Positions 50,240 to 61,210 of a DNA stretch of 64,000 bases are shown here, in pieces; position 1 is the stretch's first letter; each line of letters begins with the position of its first letter. This DNA is from Mobula hypostoma (lineage: Eukaryota), in assembly GCF_963921235.1 (NCBI RefSeq), contig NC_086097.1, positions 184,390,001-184,454,000 on the forward strand, read 5' to 3'. The position numbers and the translations under genes are program-made. Under the pieces are notes generated by a model. It did no database searches and was not told the DNA's origin. It worked only from the letters and a program-made list of their open reading frames with translations.

Positions 50240-53200
50240 TCATATTCTATAAAAAACCCCTGTACCCCTTAAAAACGCTAAAAATACTCGGACTTGTGCT
50301 CTCTCACCCATGCCCAACAACCCTTTTAATGTGAATTCCTGCATCCCCAGCTCCGTTAATTTATTTCTCATCATCTCTCTCTGTATCCCATACTTCCTGC
50401 AACTCAGAACTACATGATCTACTGACTCCTTCCTGACATTCCTCACACAATCCTGTCTGGTGTTTCCCTATCATTTTCAATGTTTTGTTTAATGCACAGT
50501 GCCCCAGCCTTAACCTAGTCCACACAATTTCCTTTCTTCTGTTTCCATTATCTACCCTAGTAACTGCAACACTCTTTTGTATTTGATATAAATGCCTCCC
50601 TTTCCCCTCCCTGTCCCATCTTTCTTGCCACATTCGGTTGACTTTTTCCCAGATTACACACTTAACCTCTGCTTTACTGATACTAATGTGCATTTCCAGA
50701 TTTTCTTTCTTTAACGCCCTCTTTGCCAACTCATCCACCCTCTCATTCCCCTTCACCCCTACATGTGCTGGAACCCATAGAAATTTTACCTGACCTCCCT
50801 GATTTGCAATTCTTGTAAATAACTGAAGGACTTCATAAAGTACATCTTGCCGACTGTTTGTGTGAAAAGACCTTAAACTTGCTAGAACTGAGGATGAATC
50901 TGAACATATCAATGCTTTGGCTTGTCTGGCTTTCTGCACCCATTGCAACGCAACCAACACTGCCAGCATCTCCACTGTAAACACCCCTAACTTATTAGAT
51001 GTTCTTCTGCTGATTCTAATTTCTTTTGCTGGTATTACCACCCCAAACCCTGTCACTCCTGTTTCAGGTTCCTTCACACTATCCGTATAAATGTGAGTAT
51101 AATCACTATACTTTTCCATCACATGACAGTTAAATGCATTTACCAAATCTGTTTTATATCTTTCTTTCCTTTTTACCTCTAACAAATGCCAGTCTATGTC
51201 AGGCCATACAAGCTTCCATGGAGCTGCAACCGGATAAACTACTGAAGGACTTATCCTCAGATCAAATACTTCACATTCTTTTGTAATATCATTCCCTACC
51301 CGACTAAAGGTATCCCTCTGAAACCTCCCATTTTCCCAGCACTCCTGCAACACTCCTTTAGTAGGGTGAGAATCATTGTGCCCCTGCAAGTTAGCCCAGT
51401 AGTTTGCCATCAGTTGCATCCTTCTTAGTTCCAAAGGCATTATTCCCATTTCTACCTGTAGGGCTGACACTGGTGACGTTTTAAAAGCCCCACTGCACAC
51501 TCTCAAGGACTGAGCCTGAATCACATCCAGTTTCCTTGTAAGAGACCTAGCTGCTGATCCATATACTATATTTCCATAATCCAATACAGATCTTACTAAA
51601 GCCACATACATTCTCTTCAATGCTGAACAACTTGCTCCCAATTCCCTACCAGTCAAACATCTCATCACATGTATTACTTTTTTACATTTCTCCTCAACTT
51701 TCCTGATATGGTCTGCCCATGTTAATCGTGAATCAAATATAACTCCTAGAAATTTAAATGATGCAACCCTTTCTAATTCAACCCCATACATTCTTAACTT
51801 CTTCCCTACCTCAACCCTTTTCCTGGTAAAAAATACAGTTTGAGTTTTATCTACTGAAAATCTACATCCCCAATCATAACCCCACTCCACCACTTCATCA
51901 ATCGCTTCTTGTAGTTTCCTAATTATATGGTCCATGTTCCTGCCTCTTTTCCACAAGGCCCCATCATCCGCAAACAATGACCTACCTATATCCACTGGTA
52001 CCTTTGTGAAGACATCATTGATCATAATGATGAAAAGTAACGGGCTAATCACACTACCTTGAGGTGTGCCATTTTCCACTATGTACTGTTTTGATAATTC
52101 TGATTCAATCCGAACTTGAATTTTTCTACCAAACAAAAAATCTTTAATCCAATTAAAATCTCTCCCACCAACCCCCATCTTGTGCAGTTTAATTAATAAT
52201 TCTTCCTTCCACATCATATCATAGGCTATTTCAATGTCAAAGAACACTGCCACTACTGACTCTTTATTTGCCTGGGCCTTCCTTATTTCAGTCTCTAACA
52301 TAATCACTGAGTCCATGGAATTCCTTCCCTTTCTAAAACCACTCTGATAACTTGCCAGCATACCCCTTTTCTCAAGCTCATATGATAACCTTTCTGTTAT
52401 CATCCTTTCCATTATCTTACATATACTTGATGTTAATGCAATTGGTCTGTAGCTAGTGGGTTTTGACAGATCCTTGCCAGCCTTCCTTATTGGAATTACT
52501 ACTGCTTCTTTCCATGCACTTGGTAATCTTCCCTCCTCCCACACTCTGTTATAAAAATGCAGCAACTTCAAGAGTGCTCCTTCTCCTAGATTTTTTAACA
52601 TCACAGAGCATATCAGATCTTTCCCTGGGGAGGTTGGTCTCGATCTCTTTATTGCTCTCACCATTTCTGCTAATGTAAATGGATCATCAATTATATCATC
52701 TGTTCCTTCCCTCCTGCTTAACACACCTGGGTGTTGGCTCATTATTCTTTCCCTTCTTCTTCTCCCTTCTTCAGACAAATTTTCTGAACTGTGTATCAGT
52801 ACAAATGACTTGGCCATGACCTCAGCCTTATCCCTGCTGGAGATTGCAGTTTCCTCCTCAGATATCATTACTGGATATTCCCATTCCCTTCTATCTCCTC
52901 CCATCCTCTTAATCATTCCCCATATCTCTCCCACAGGTGTTGTTCTTCCTACCTTGTCGCAAAAACTCCTCCAACTTGCCCTTTTAGCTTGACGTATAGT
53001 TCTTCTCACCACTGCCTGTGCTTTCTTATATTGAACCAAATGCTGCATATTACGGGTTCTTTTAACTAGCCTGATGCTCTATTTCTGTTTTTTACAGCCT
53101 GACAACATTCCTCTGTCCACCATGGTACCAGTTTTCTATTCATCCTATTTTTACTCCTAGGTATAGATCCTTCTGCTGCCATGATAATTGCTGAAGTCAC

Positions 53201-53992
53201 CTGACTGTTTAATTCATCTACATTTCCAGAAATATCAATCTTTGTCAACCCTTCTTCACTCAATTTCTGGAACTTACCTCAATCAGCTTTTTCAAACACC
53301 CACTTTGTGGTTCCGCCACCTGGTCTTACTTCAACTCTTTCACCCACTGAACACAAAACTGGGTAGTGATCACTGCCTACTGTTGAAGCAGTCCAAACTC
53401 CCCAGTTACTAATGCCAGCCAAGGTATTAGACACTAACGTAATATCTAACACTGACTCAGTTCCTGTTGTTATATCTATCCTTGTGCCGCTACCATCATT
53501 CATACACACCAAATCCCTTTCTTCCATCAAATCTTCAATTACCTTTCCATTTGGATCTGTAATCTGATCCCCCCATATTGTGCTATGAGCATTGAAATCT
53601 GCATACCACACTACTTTATGTCTGTTTTGTCCTTGTATCTTTAATAGGCTGTTCAAATCCAACCTTTTACATGGATTGTAGTAGTTAATTATAACCACTC
53701 CCTCCCCTCTCTCCCACACTTCCACCATTATGTATTCCTGATCATCTCCTTTTTCCAGTACCCTATATGGTATACCTTGCTTGATTAACATAGCACAACC
53801 CCCTCCTCCCCCTAGATTTCTATCTTTCCTTATCATTGTATACCCATATACCACAAAGTCTAAAGTTGGTTTCAACCAAATTTCCTGAATACACACTACA
53901 TCCGGTTTTACAACCATTTCTTTAATAAAGTGCTTGAATTCCTGGCTATTGGCCAGTAAGCTCCTTGCATTCCATTGTAAAAGAATCGCCAT
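50240..53992 (-). pseudogene. Nearly full-length ORF2: APE endonuclease - RT - RNase H - CCHC knuckle, three frameshifts (~53270, ~53065, ~50430)
   Basis: LLQWNARSL, CIQEIW, ADFNAH, GSDHYP; SYRPIALTS, GTPQGSVISP, LFADDG, KFLG; IYTD..VEMLA..CSDS..WVPAHVGVKGNERVD; CEEC..ESVDHVVLSC. Confidence 0.93.
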
Positions 53993-55909
53993 AATTAGTG
54001 TTAACCAACACATGACACTTCCTGGCTTGACTGATTACTGAGGTTCTCCTTCACTTCCTCCCATGTCAGTCCTACTAACCCTAAATGGTTTACTGCTGCT
54101 TTACCACCAGATGAATGTTGTCACTGTTTGACTTTACCTCAGCCATACTATTAATCACTCCTGCAATGAATGTTACTAGAGCCTTTTTGTCTACATAAAT
54201 CCTGTCATTTGTTCTTTGTTGCATCTCTCCTATCCCTATTGCTCCCTGTTCATTAGGAGCATTATTCTGTTCTCTTGACATTCTTACAGTTCAGATGATC
54301 TTGAGGATTCCACAAAGAAAGTGGTCTTCAGTTCCCAACCAACAGGCAATCTCACGAACAGCTGAGAGGTGAGAAGAGTACTGAAGACCTAGAGGTAGCA
54401 AACAGCCAAAAATGCATGGATTCTTTGAGGACATACTGTCTACTGTCTGCAGCTTTGTTTATGTCACTGTTCATAATGACGGAGCATCTAGAGACATCCT
54501 TCATTGAGACAGTATACACATGATATACACTTTTTAAAGGCCCACCCACATTCAGCGCCACTTTGCTCCATCCCAGCTGAAAGATATTTGAGGTATTTCT
54601 GACCAGCAATAGACTAACTTGTAACAGTATCAAAATGGCAGTGTTTTATGGCATTGTTGATTAATAGAGTAACATTGGATATACTGTTATTATTTTCCTT
54701 TTTGGATGTGCAAGAACAGTTCTGCATCTTCCAGTGCGGGATGTAGATGATGTCTTTGTTACTAATCATCTGAGGCAAATGGGAACAGATTTTGCCTGTA
54801 GTTATATTCTTTAGGAATTTGTAGTCCTGTGCACTGCAGCCTACCTTGTCACAATTGTGGGACAAAACACCTTGAATAGACATTCTGAGGCTTGGTAGCT
54901 ATTTTAACATTCTTTATTCAGGCCTTGGGCCCTTGAGTCTCCATGTGAGTTGGCTATGAAGAAGATAATATCACCGTTACAGTTCCTCTGGGTTTATTTC
55001 TTAGCTGAACCTCAGAATTATGTCTTGAGTGAAATTATTTTACTTATTTCAGCTTTATCTCCACACAGGTGTTTATGCTTCATACCCTTTTGAAAATCAG
55101 ATCCTTTATGTCAAACTGTTCTGCTTGAAATCTCTCATTTGTCATCCTGATCTTGCAACACCAATGTGTAACCTATTAAGTGTACCTTTCCTGATACAGA
55201 AAAGCTTGTAAGCCATAGTAATGATGGATGCATGTTAAATACCAACTTTGCTAGCAAAGCATAGAAAGAAAATTGCCTGAGGGTTTTGTATTCGAATTAA
55301 GAAGCTCTGATTAGTATGTTTTAATGAGGTATTCTTCTGGGTCACAGGGAAATAGCACAACAATCCAAGATGAAGTCACCATGGATTGTTATTGGAGCAG
55401 TGAAAAAGATTGCTGTTTTTTACGCACTCAGCAAAATCAGCTTTCTTCTGAGGTGCTCAAGACAGAAACATTCAATTTCTAGGTGCTAGCATTTTACCAC
55501 AGAGTTCAAAATTGATCACAGAGCAAATTATAATGAACTAGATAAGCAGCATAGCAAGTATGCTATTTTTTACCGACATGTGTTATTCAGACAGAACCGG
55601 CTGGATGCTTGTCATTGTGTAGGCAGCAGGTGGGTTTAGACTGAACATCAGTGATACCTTCTTCTCTCTCTATATGTATGCTTACTTTCATAAAATAAAA
55701 GGTATTTTTCGTGCTTTAAGTACTGTACTGCTGCATAGTTGCACCTCAAGTTATTGTATTTACTTGTACTCAAACAATATAATATTTTTTACCTAAATAA
55801 GTTTCCCAAAGATCAGCTTGTTTACCACTATCAGTGTGATTTGGACATGTTTCCTATATTTTGTTCATGAGCAACATTATAAAATATTTTGTAAATCATT
55901 GATTTAATT

Positions 55910-56640
55910 TGTAATGTCCTGGTTAAAATGTTTACTGCTAACGCTGTAGGGTATTTCATTCAGTAGCTTTCTGTAAACACAGTGTATCCTACTCATGGAA
56001 TGTTTTGGTTTCGGCTGAAGATAAGGGGCTGTGATGTTCAATTTAGGAACGTTGTGTTAGTCAATCAAGGTGGGACAATTGGGTGAAGATACTAGAGAGA
56101 GCTGGATAGAGAGATTTGTGGTCTGTTTGGAGGGAGCTGCTGAGAGGACAGGAGGGGAGTTGGCTGAGAATGCAGTGGGAAGGAATGTTCCCGTTGCACA
56201 AAGTGTGTTCTGCAGATGAATGGCTCCAATGAAGAAGGGGCAGTACCCCTTTGGGAGAGCACCTGTTTGTTCAAGGTGGATTTCGAGTGAAGTTCGCAGT
56301 GTGGCGTGTGCTTTCATGCAGACTGTAAGTCCAGCGTGTGAGTAAAAAGGACAACTTCAAGACGAGATCCAACTTAATGTGCACATTTGGACTCGCTTGA
56401 CTGAAATAGGCTGTTCCCCCCCCCCCCGGCTAACTTTCCCATAAAGCTAAAATTGTAAATATTCTTTCTTTATAATTTTACGTGGTGTATGATTTGTTAC
56501 TTCTTGCTGACCAACAATTGTGTGTGGGCAGTATTTACACAGCATTCGCTCAGTTCAAGGTTTCTTTAATCAGAACATCATGACGTTCCTGTTTGGCTGA
56601 ACCCCAAATCGTACTGACCCTAGAAATATATTGTTTCTCA
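55910..56640. mobile_element. Third, more diverged solo LTR of the 1378/15085 family (right end uncertain)
   Basis: Starts TGTAATGTCCTGGTT like 1378. Shares TTCAAGACGAGATCCAAC..GTGCACATTTG with TTCAAGATGAGCTCCAA..GTGTACATTTG at ~1732-1762. Confidence 0.6.
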
Positions 56641-56959
56641 CCGCTGAGTCCCATGGCTGTTAGCAGAGCCAGCTAACAAGCCAAATTTGCTTAGGATCCT
56701 GGTGAAGGGATCATGTTTGTAATAAAAGTGTTCTGCCTTGAGTAGTTTGATTATTAATAGGAAATTATGTCTGCATCATAATGGTGCTGGTGAACCATGG
56801 CAACGTTCTGGGAGCTGTGGACAATACATCGAAATATCCTTTTAAATATACCTCTTTTGAATTACTCTCACTGCAATCTGCAGTATGCAACTTCCCTCTA
56901 AGGAATATACTTGATGTACAGATTTCATGATCTTATGAAGGACTCAGCGGACCAGGCAT

Positions 56960-57370
56960 ATATGGAACCTTCAAACAGACGAAGGTTCATTGGCATGGCT
57001 GGAACTAAGGAAGGAGTACGGTCTCTTCTTCCAGAGAAATAATGTCCCCTCTACCCAACATTTTGTTCGGAAATGTGCAGTTCCTGGAAAGCAAAAATGA
57101 GGACCTGAGGAAAAGATTGCTATATCAGAGAGAAATGAGGGACTGTTGCAATCTATATCTGCGGAAGTCTTGGATGTCTCCCGGCATTCCAGATACAATG
57201 GTTCAACCAGAAGGCTTCTTGATTTTCCATAAGGACCGAACTTCTGATTTGGAAAAAGCAAAATGTGGAGGTGTGTGGTTCCGATAAACTCTTGATGGTG
57301 CTCCAATATGGCAATTTTGTTGAACTCAAGTTCCCTTGACCTTGAACACCTAACAGTCAAATGCCAACTG
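56960..57370 (+). mobile_element. Rex1/Babar-like LINE 5' endonuclease region, degraded
   Basis: PLPNILFGNVQFLESKNEDLRKRLLYQREMRDCC..PEGFLIFHKDRT..K.KCGGV. Confidence 0.75.
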
Positions 57371-57699
57371 TTCTGTTTACAATGTTATCAATGATTGCAT
57401 CCTCCAAAGCTTTACTTTCTTTGTAAAGTTCAAGGTGATTGCCAATACCTTGAAGTTATTCACAGTTCCTAATTTGTTGAAGTAGTGAAATTGATTCATT
57501 TTCATTCCTGGTCATTTCTGACAGTGAGCAAAACAGTTTTGAGTTATCTTACTGTTTATTTCTTGCCAACTATCAGTGACAAAAATCACTGATCTTTGAA
57601 TACAAAGACACACAACTGACACTATTTAAAACTGTTCACTCTAAGCATGGTGTAACGTCTAACAGTCACACAAATGTGCATGAAGACTGACGCTAGTTA

Positions 57700-57862
57700 C
57701 AGTCTCTTTGTCAACAATCCCCTGCACCAATTAAGTAGCATCATGTCCCAAATAAACAACGGAAATCTCAGCAACTTTCTTGATTGGCTTTTGTTCTTTA
57801 AAAGTTGTCCCAAATAAACAGTGCTCCGATTAACCAATGGCCCAATTAACCAGAATCCACTG
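57700..57862. mobile_element. Tigger-like MITE fragment
   Basis: Repeated TGTCCCAAATAAACA and CCAATTAA motifs; ends AATCCACTG|TA. Confidence 0.55.
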
Positions 57863-57968
57863 TACTTATCTAGATGGATATTAGATGTTGCTATTGTGGT
57901 TGTCTCAGTTACTACTTCTGGCAGCATATTCTAAATAAACACTTCCTTTTGCATGAAGAAGCTACCCT

Positions 57969-58378
57969 GACTTACTAACTGCTGGCGTTTAGGGTGGCAA
58001 TGAAGGTCCTCTATCTTTTGTGGTGTTCAGAGCTTCCTTTATCTTCTCAGTAGCTTCTTCTCAGTTTTTATTATTGGCAGCCATTCAAGTTCCAGGGGGA
58101 GACTCAGGAGTACCATAACAATCAGCTGTAGAAGGATTCTTCATTGCTGTTTCCCTAACAGTTTTGTTTTAACAGTCAGGGTCGTTAACCCTGAGCTGAA
58201 CCACCAAACCTGGAGGACTGGTAGACCACTTTTAGTCTGGCCTCTACCCTTTGACCTATTTGGCATGATTTGACCTTGACAAGAGCCAAAGCATAAAGCC
58301 CTGACTGCAGGTAACATAGTTGTCTGGGTCATTGAGGCAAGCAAGCCTTCAAACCATGACAAAGTTGTGGGTCTCTTG
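57969..58378 (-). mobile_element. Bipartite non-autonomous RTE derivative (RTE 5' structured region + RTE 3' end) inserted in a CR1 fragment
   Basis: Minus 5' end CACAACTTTGTCATGGTTTGAAGGCTTGCTTGCCTCAATGACCC resembles BovB/Expander 5' ends. 3' end GACCTTCATTGCCACCCTAAACGCCAGCAGTTAGTAAGT. TSD GAAGAAGCT(A/G)CCCT at 57955-57968 / 58379-58392. Confidence 0.75.
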
Positions 58379-59324
58379 GAAGAAGCTGCCCTTGATGACC
58401 CTTTTAAGTTTCTTGCCTCTGATTTTAAAGCTGTGCCCTCTTGCTTATAGCACTTCCTCCCAAGGAAAAAGTCAATGTGCTTTCACCCTGTCTATATCCC
58501 TCATGATGTTATAAACCTATATACGGTCGTCCCTCAATTTCCTGCATTCTAGGGAATAAAACCCTAGTCAGCACAATCTCTCCTTCTAACCCAAGCTCCT
58601 AAATCCAGGCAACATTATTTTTTCACAACCTATTACAGCCATTGGCATGGCCAGCATTCACCGCTCATTCCTAATTATTTGTGAACTGAATGACTCATTA
58701 TGTCTTTCATACTGCAATTAAGATTTAGCACATGGCTATACCCTGGTTTTAATTTCCATATTGTTCAAAGCAGATAAAGTGGTTACCCTCCTTCCTCAAA
58801 GGTAATCAAAGAGGTCACATGGCTACAGATTTTGTTACTAGATATCTATTTCAGAATTATGTAATTAACCATGCATCACATGATGGGATTTGAATATTTA
58901 TTTCTGGATTGTTAGTCTTAGGGCCATGTTTAATATCATCAGTTCCCTACTGTAGCCAGAATGTAAAAGCAAAAGGAAAGTTGAAGGTGGATATGGGTTA
59001 ATTATTTAATAATAATTTCTCTGTTAGAACATAAATGGTCAGCTCTATAATTTTGTTCATCTTGAGAGTAACAGAGGATAACAGAGGAATTGCCTTTTTC
59101 AGATCTGATTTTCTGATGAGTGTAACTACTTCTTGTAAACGTATGAAAGTCAAGTTCCTACACCAAATGTGGATTCTATTGTAATGTTCTGGCACAAAAA
59201 GATAGATTATTGCTACATAACCACCATGTGGAGAATGGAAGCCAATTATAGCTCCTGAAATTTGGAATAATTTCTATGGGGCTATAATGCAGGAGAGTAA
59301 CATTGCCAGCAAGTTAGCACTTAA

Positions 59325-60340
59325 TAAGACCATAAAATATAGGAGCAGAATTAGGCCATTTGGCCCATTGTGTCTGCTCCTCCATTACATCATAGCTGAT
59401 CCATTTTCCCTCACAGCCATGAAATCCTGCCCTTCCCCCTCGTAATGGTAACTTTAAACAATTCTGCCCCTGATGAAATCAAACTTCCTGCATACCGCTA
59501 GTGTTTTCACAGTGAAGACTGATGCAAAGTACTTATTCAGTTTATCCGCCATTTCATTGTTCCCCATTGCTACCTCTTCAGCATCATTTCCAGCAGTCCA
59601 ATATCTACTCTCACCCCTCTTTTACACTTCATGTATCTGAAAAAACTTTTGGTATCCTCTTTAATATTATTGTTTAGCTTACCTTAGTGTTCCATCTTTT
59701 TCTTCTTAATGACTTTTTCGTTGCCTTCTGTTGGTTTTTCAAAACTTCACAATCCTCTAATTTCCCACTAATTTTTGGTCTATTTTATCTCCCCTCTTTA
59801 TCTTTTATGTTGGCTTTGACTTCTCTTGTTAGCCATGGTTATGTCATTTTTCCTTTAGAATACTTGTTCTTCTTTGAGATATAGATATCCTATGTCTTCC
59901 GAATTGCTCCCAGACATTCCAGCGATTATTGATCTGTTGTCATCCCTGCCAGTGTTCTTTTCCTTTCAACTTTGGCCAGCTCCTCTCTCATCCCTCTGTA
60001 ATTTCCTTTATTTCACTGTAGTACTGATACATCTGATGTTAGCTTCTCCTTCTCAAATTGCATGGTGAATTCTATCATATTATGATCACTTGGCCGTAAG
60101 GGTTCCTTTACCTTAAGTTCTCTAATCAATTCTGGTTCACTGCACTACATCCAATCCAGAATAGCTGATACCCTAGCGGGATCAACAATGAGATGCTCTA
60201 AAAAGCCATCTTGTGGGCATTCTAGAAATTCCTGTTCTTGGGATCCAGCTCTAACCTGATTTTCTCAATCTACCTGTACATTCAAATCCCCATGACTATT
60301 ATAACATACATTTTGGCATGCATTTTCTATCTCCCATTGA
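59325..60340 (-). mobile_element. CR1 LINE: endonuclease/linker region joined to 3' tail (RT deleted at ~59440)
   Basis: Antisense tail TAAGACCATAAAATATAGGAGCAGAATTAGGCC; 59440-60340 is homologous to 13600-14480. Confidence 0.85.
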
Positions 60341-60475
60341 ATAACTAGCCATATTATTGATTATATTTGTATAGGTTTTACTTTGTTTTAATACCTTTTC
60401 TCCATTGCATTAGGATTGACAGATCACCATGAGGTAACGCAGGAGGGTAATTCTGATTATGTCCTGATGAATTCT

Positions 60476-61084
60476 ACTTCCAGCTGCTTGACCTAATTAA
60501 CACACAAGGTACTAGGATCTAGGTAGCAGGAAATTAACAATCTGTTTCGTATCCTGCCTGATTTTCATTTTGTTTTATGCTATGGATGATGTCCATTTTT
60601 ATTTTTCTTTGCCTTTCATGCCAAGAGCTCCACTCTTCACTTGCTTTGGTTTCTCTCATCCAGCTCTGCCTCTTAATTAGTAAGAGTGTCAAAGGTTACA
60701 GGAAGAAGGCAAGAGAAGGGGGTTGACAGGGGTAATTAATCATCCATGTTCCAATGGCGTCACAAACTCAGTGGGCTAAATGGTCTAATTCTGCTTCTAT
60801 GCCTCATAGTCTTCTTATTTTCTCACACTGCCATACCACCATGCTCCACTTGTAGTTAAGCCACGGCCTACTGGAGGGACAGGAGGAAAGCTATGGAGAC
60901 AAGGACATACCACCCTCTGCTTCTGCCCTCACAGTCATTACTTTGAATACAGACACCAGCTGACTTAGATATAGGATGTGGCAGGATCTGATTCACCAGC
61001 CTTGAGTACAGTATAATCAAGACAGGTGCCACATTAGTGGAGGATGATGTCACACGTGAACTTCCAGCTGCTTGACCTAATTAA
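60476..61084. repeat. 25-bp exact direct repeat, 584 bp apart
   Basis: ACTTCCAGCTGCTTGACCTAATTAA at 60476-60500 and 61060-61084. Confidence 0.9.
60672..60815 (+). mobile_element. CR1 3' tail fragment
   Basis: GTCAAAGGTTACAGGAAGAAGGCAAGAGAAGGGGGTTGA..GGGCTAAATGGTCTAATTCTGCTTCTATG. Confidence 0.8.
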
Positions 61085-61163
61085 AACACTTCTGCTCTTC
61101 CTCCTAGTTATCATCAGTAAAAAGAGAAAATCTAAGTAAGTTATTCATGTCAGTGATTTCTTT

Positions 61164-61210
61164 GCCCGACGCTGGCCCCCTAGGTCTGAGTCGACGTAGT
61201 TGTAGTGGTA
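61164..61210 (+). mobile_element. 47-bp extreme 3' end of the 44202-44599 RTE/RTEX-like family, with 9-bp TSD
   Basis: GCCCGACGCTGGCCCCCTAGGTCTGAGTCGACGTAGTTGTAGTGGTA matches 44559-44599. GATTTCTTT at 61155-61163 / 61211-61219. Confidence 0.85.

Larger units (their letters stand above)
50000..54290 (-). mobile_element. I-group (Nimb-like) LINE, 5'-truncated within ORF1, (AGAC)n tail
   Basis: ORF1 C-terminus at ~54000-54290 ends 8 nt before the ORF2 ATG. The 3'UTR contains (TG)n and ends CAACCATCATAAAACAAGATACAGACAGACAGAC. Confidence 0.9.

Noticed and set aside
54300..54900. Moderately GC-rich stretch with 89-93 aa ORFs beside the Nimb 5' end
   Set aside because: No motif recognised; it cannot be assigned to the LINE, a host exon or another element.
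60460..60480. GTCCTGATGAA resembling a hammerhead start
   Set aside because: No downstream GAAA box or stem I partner.
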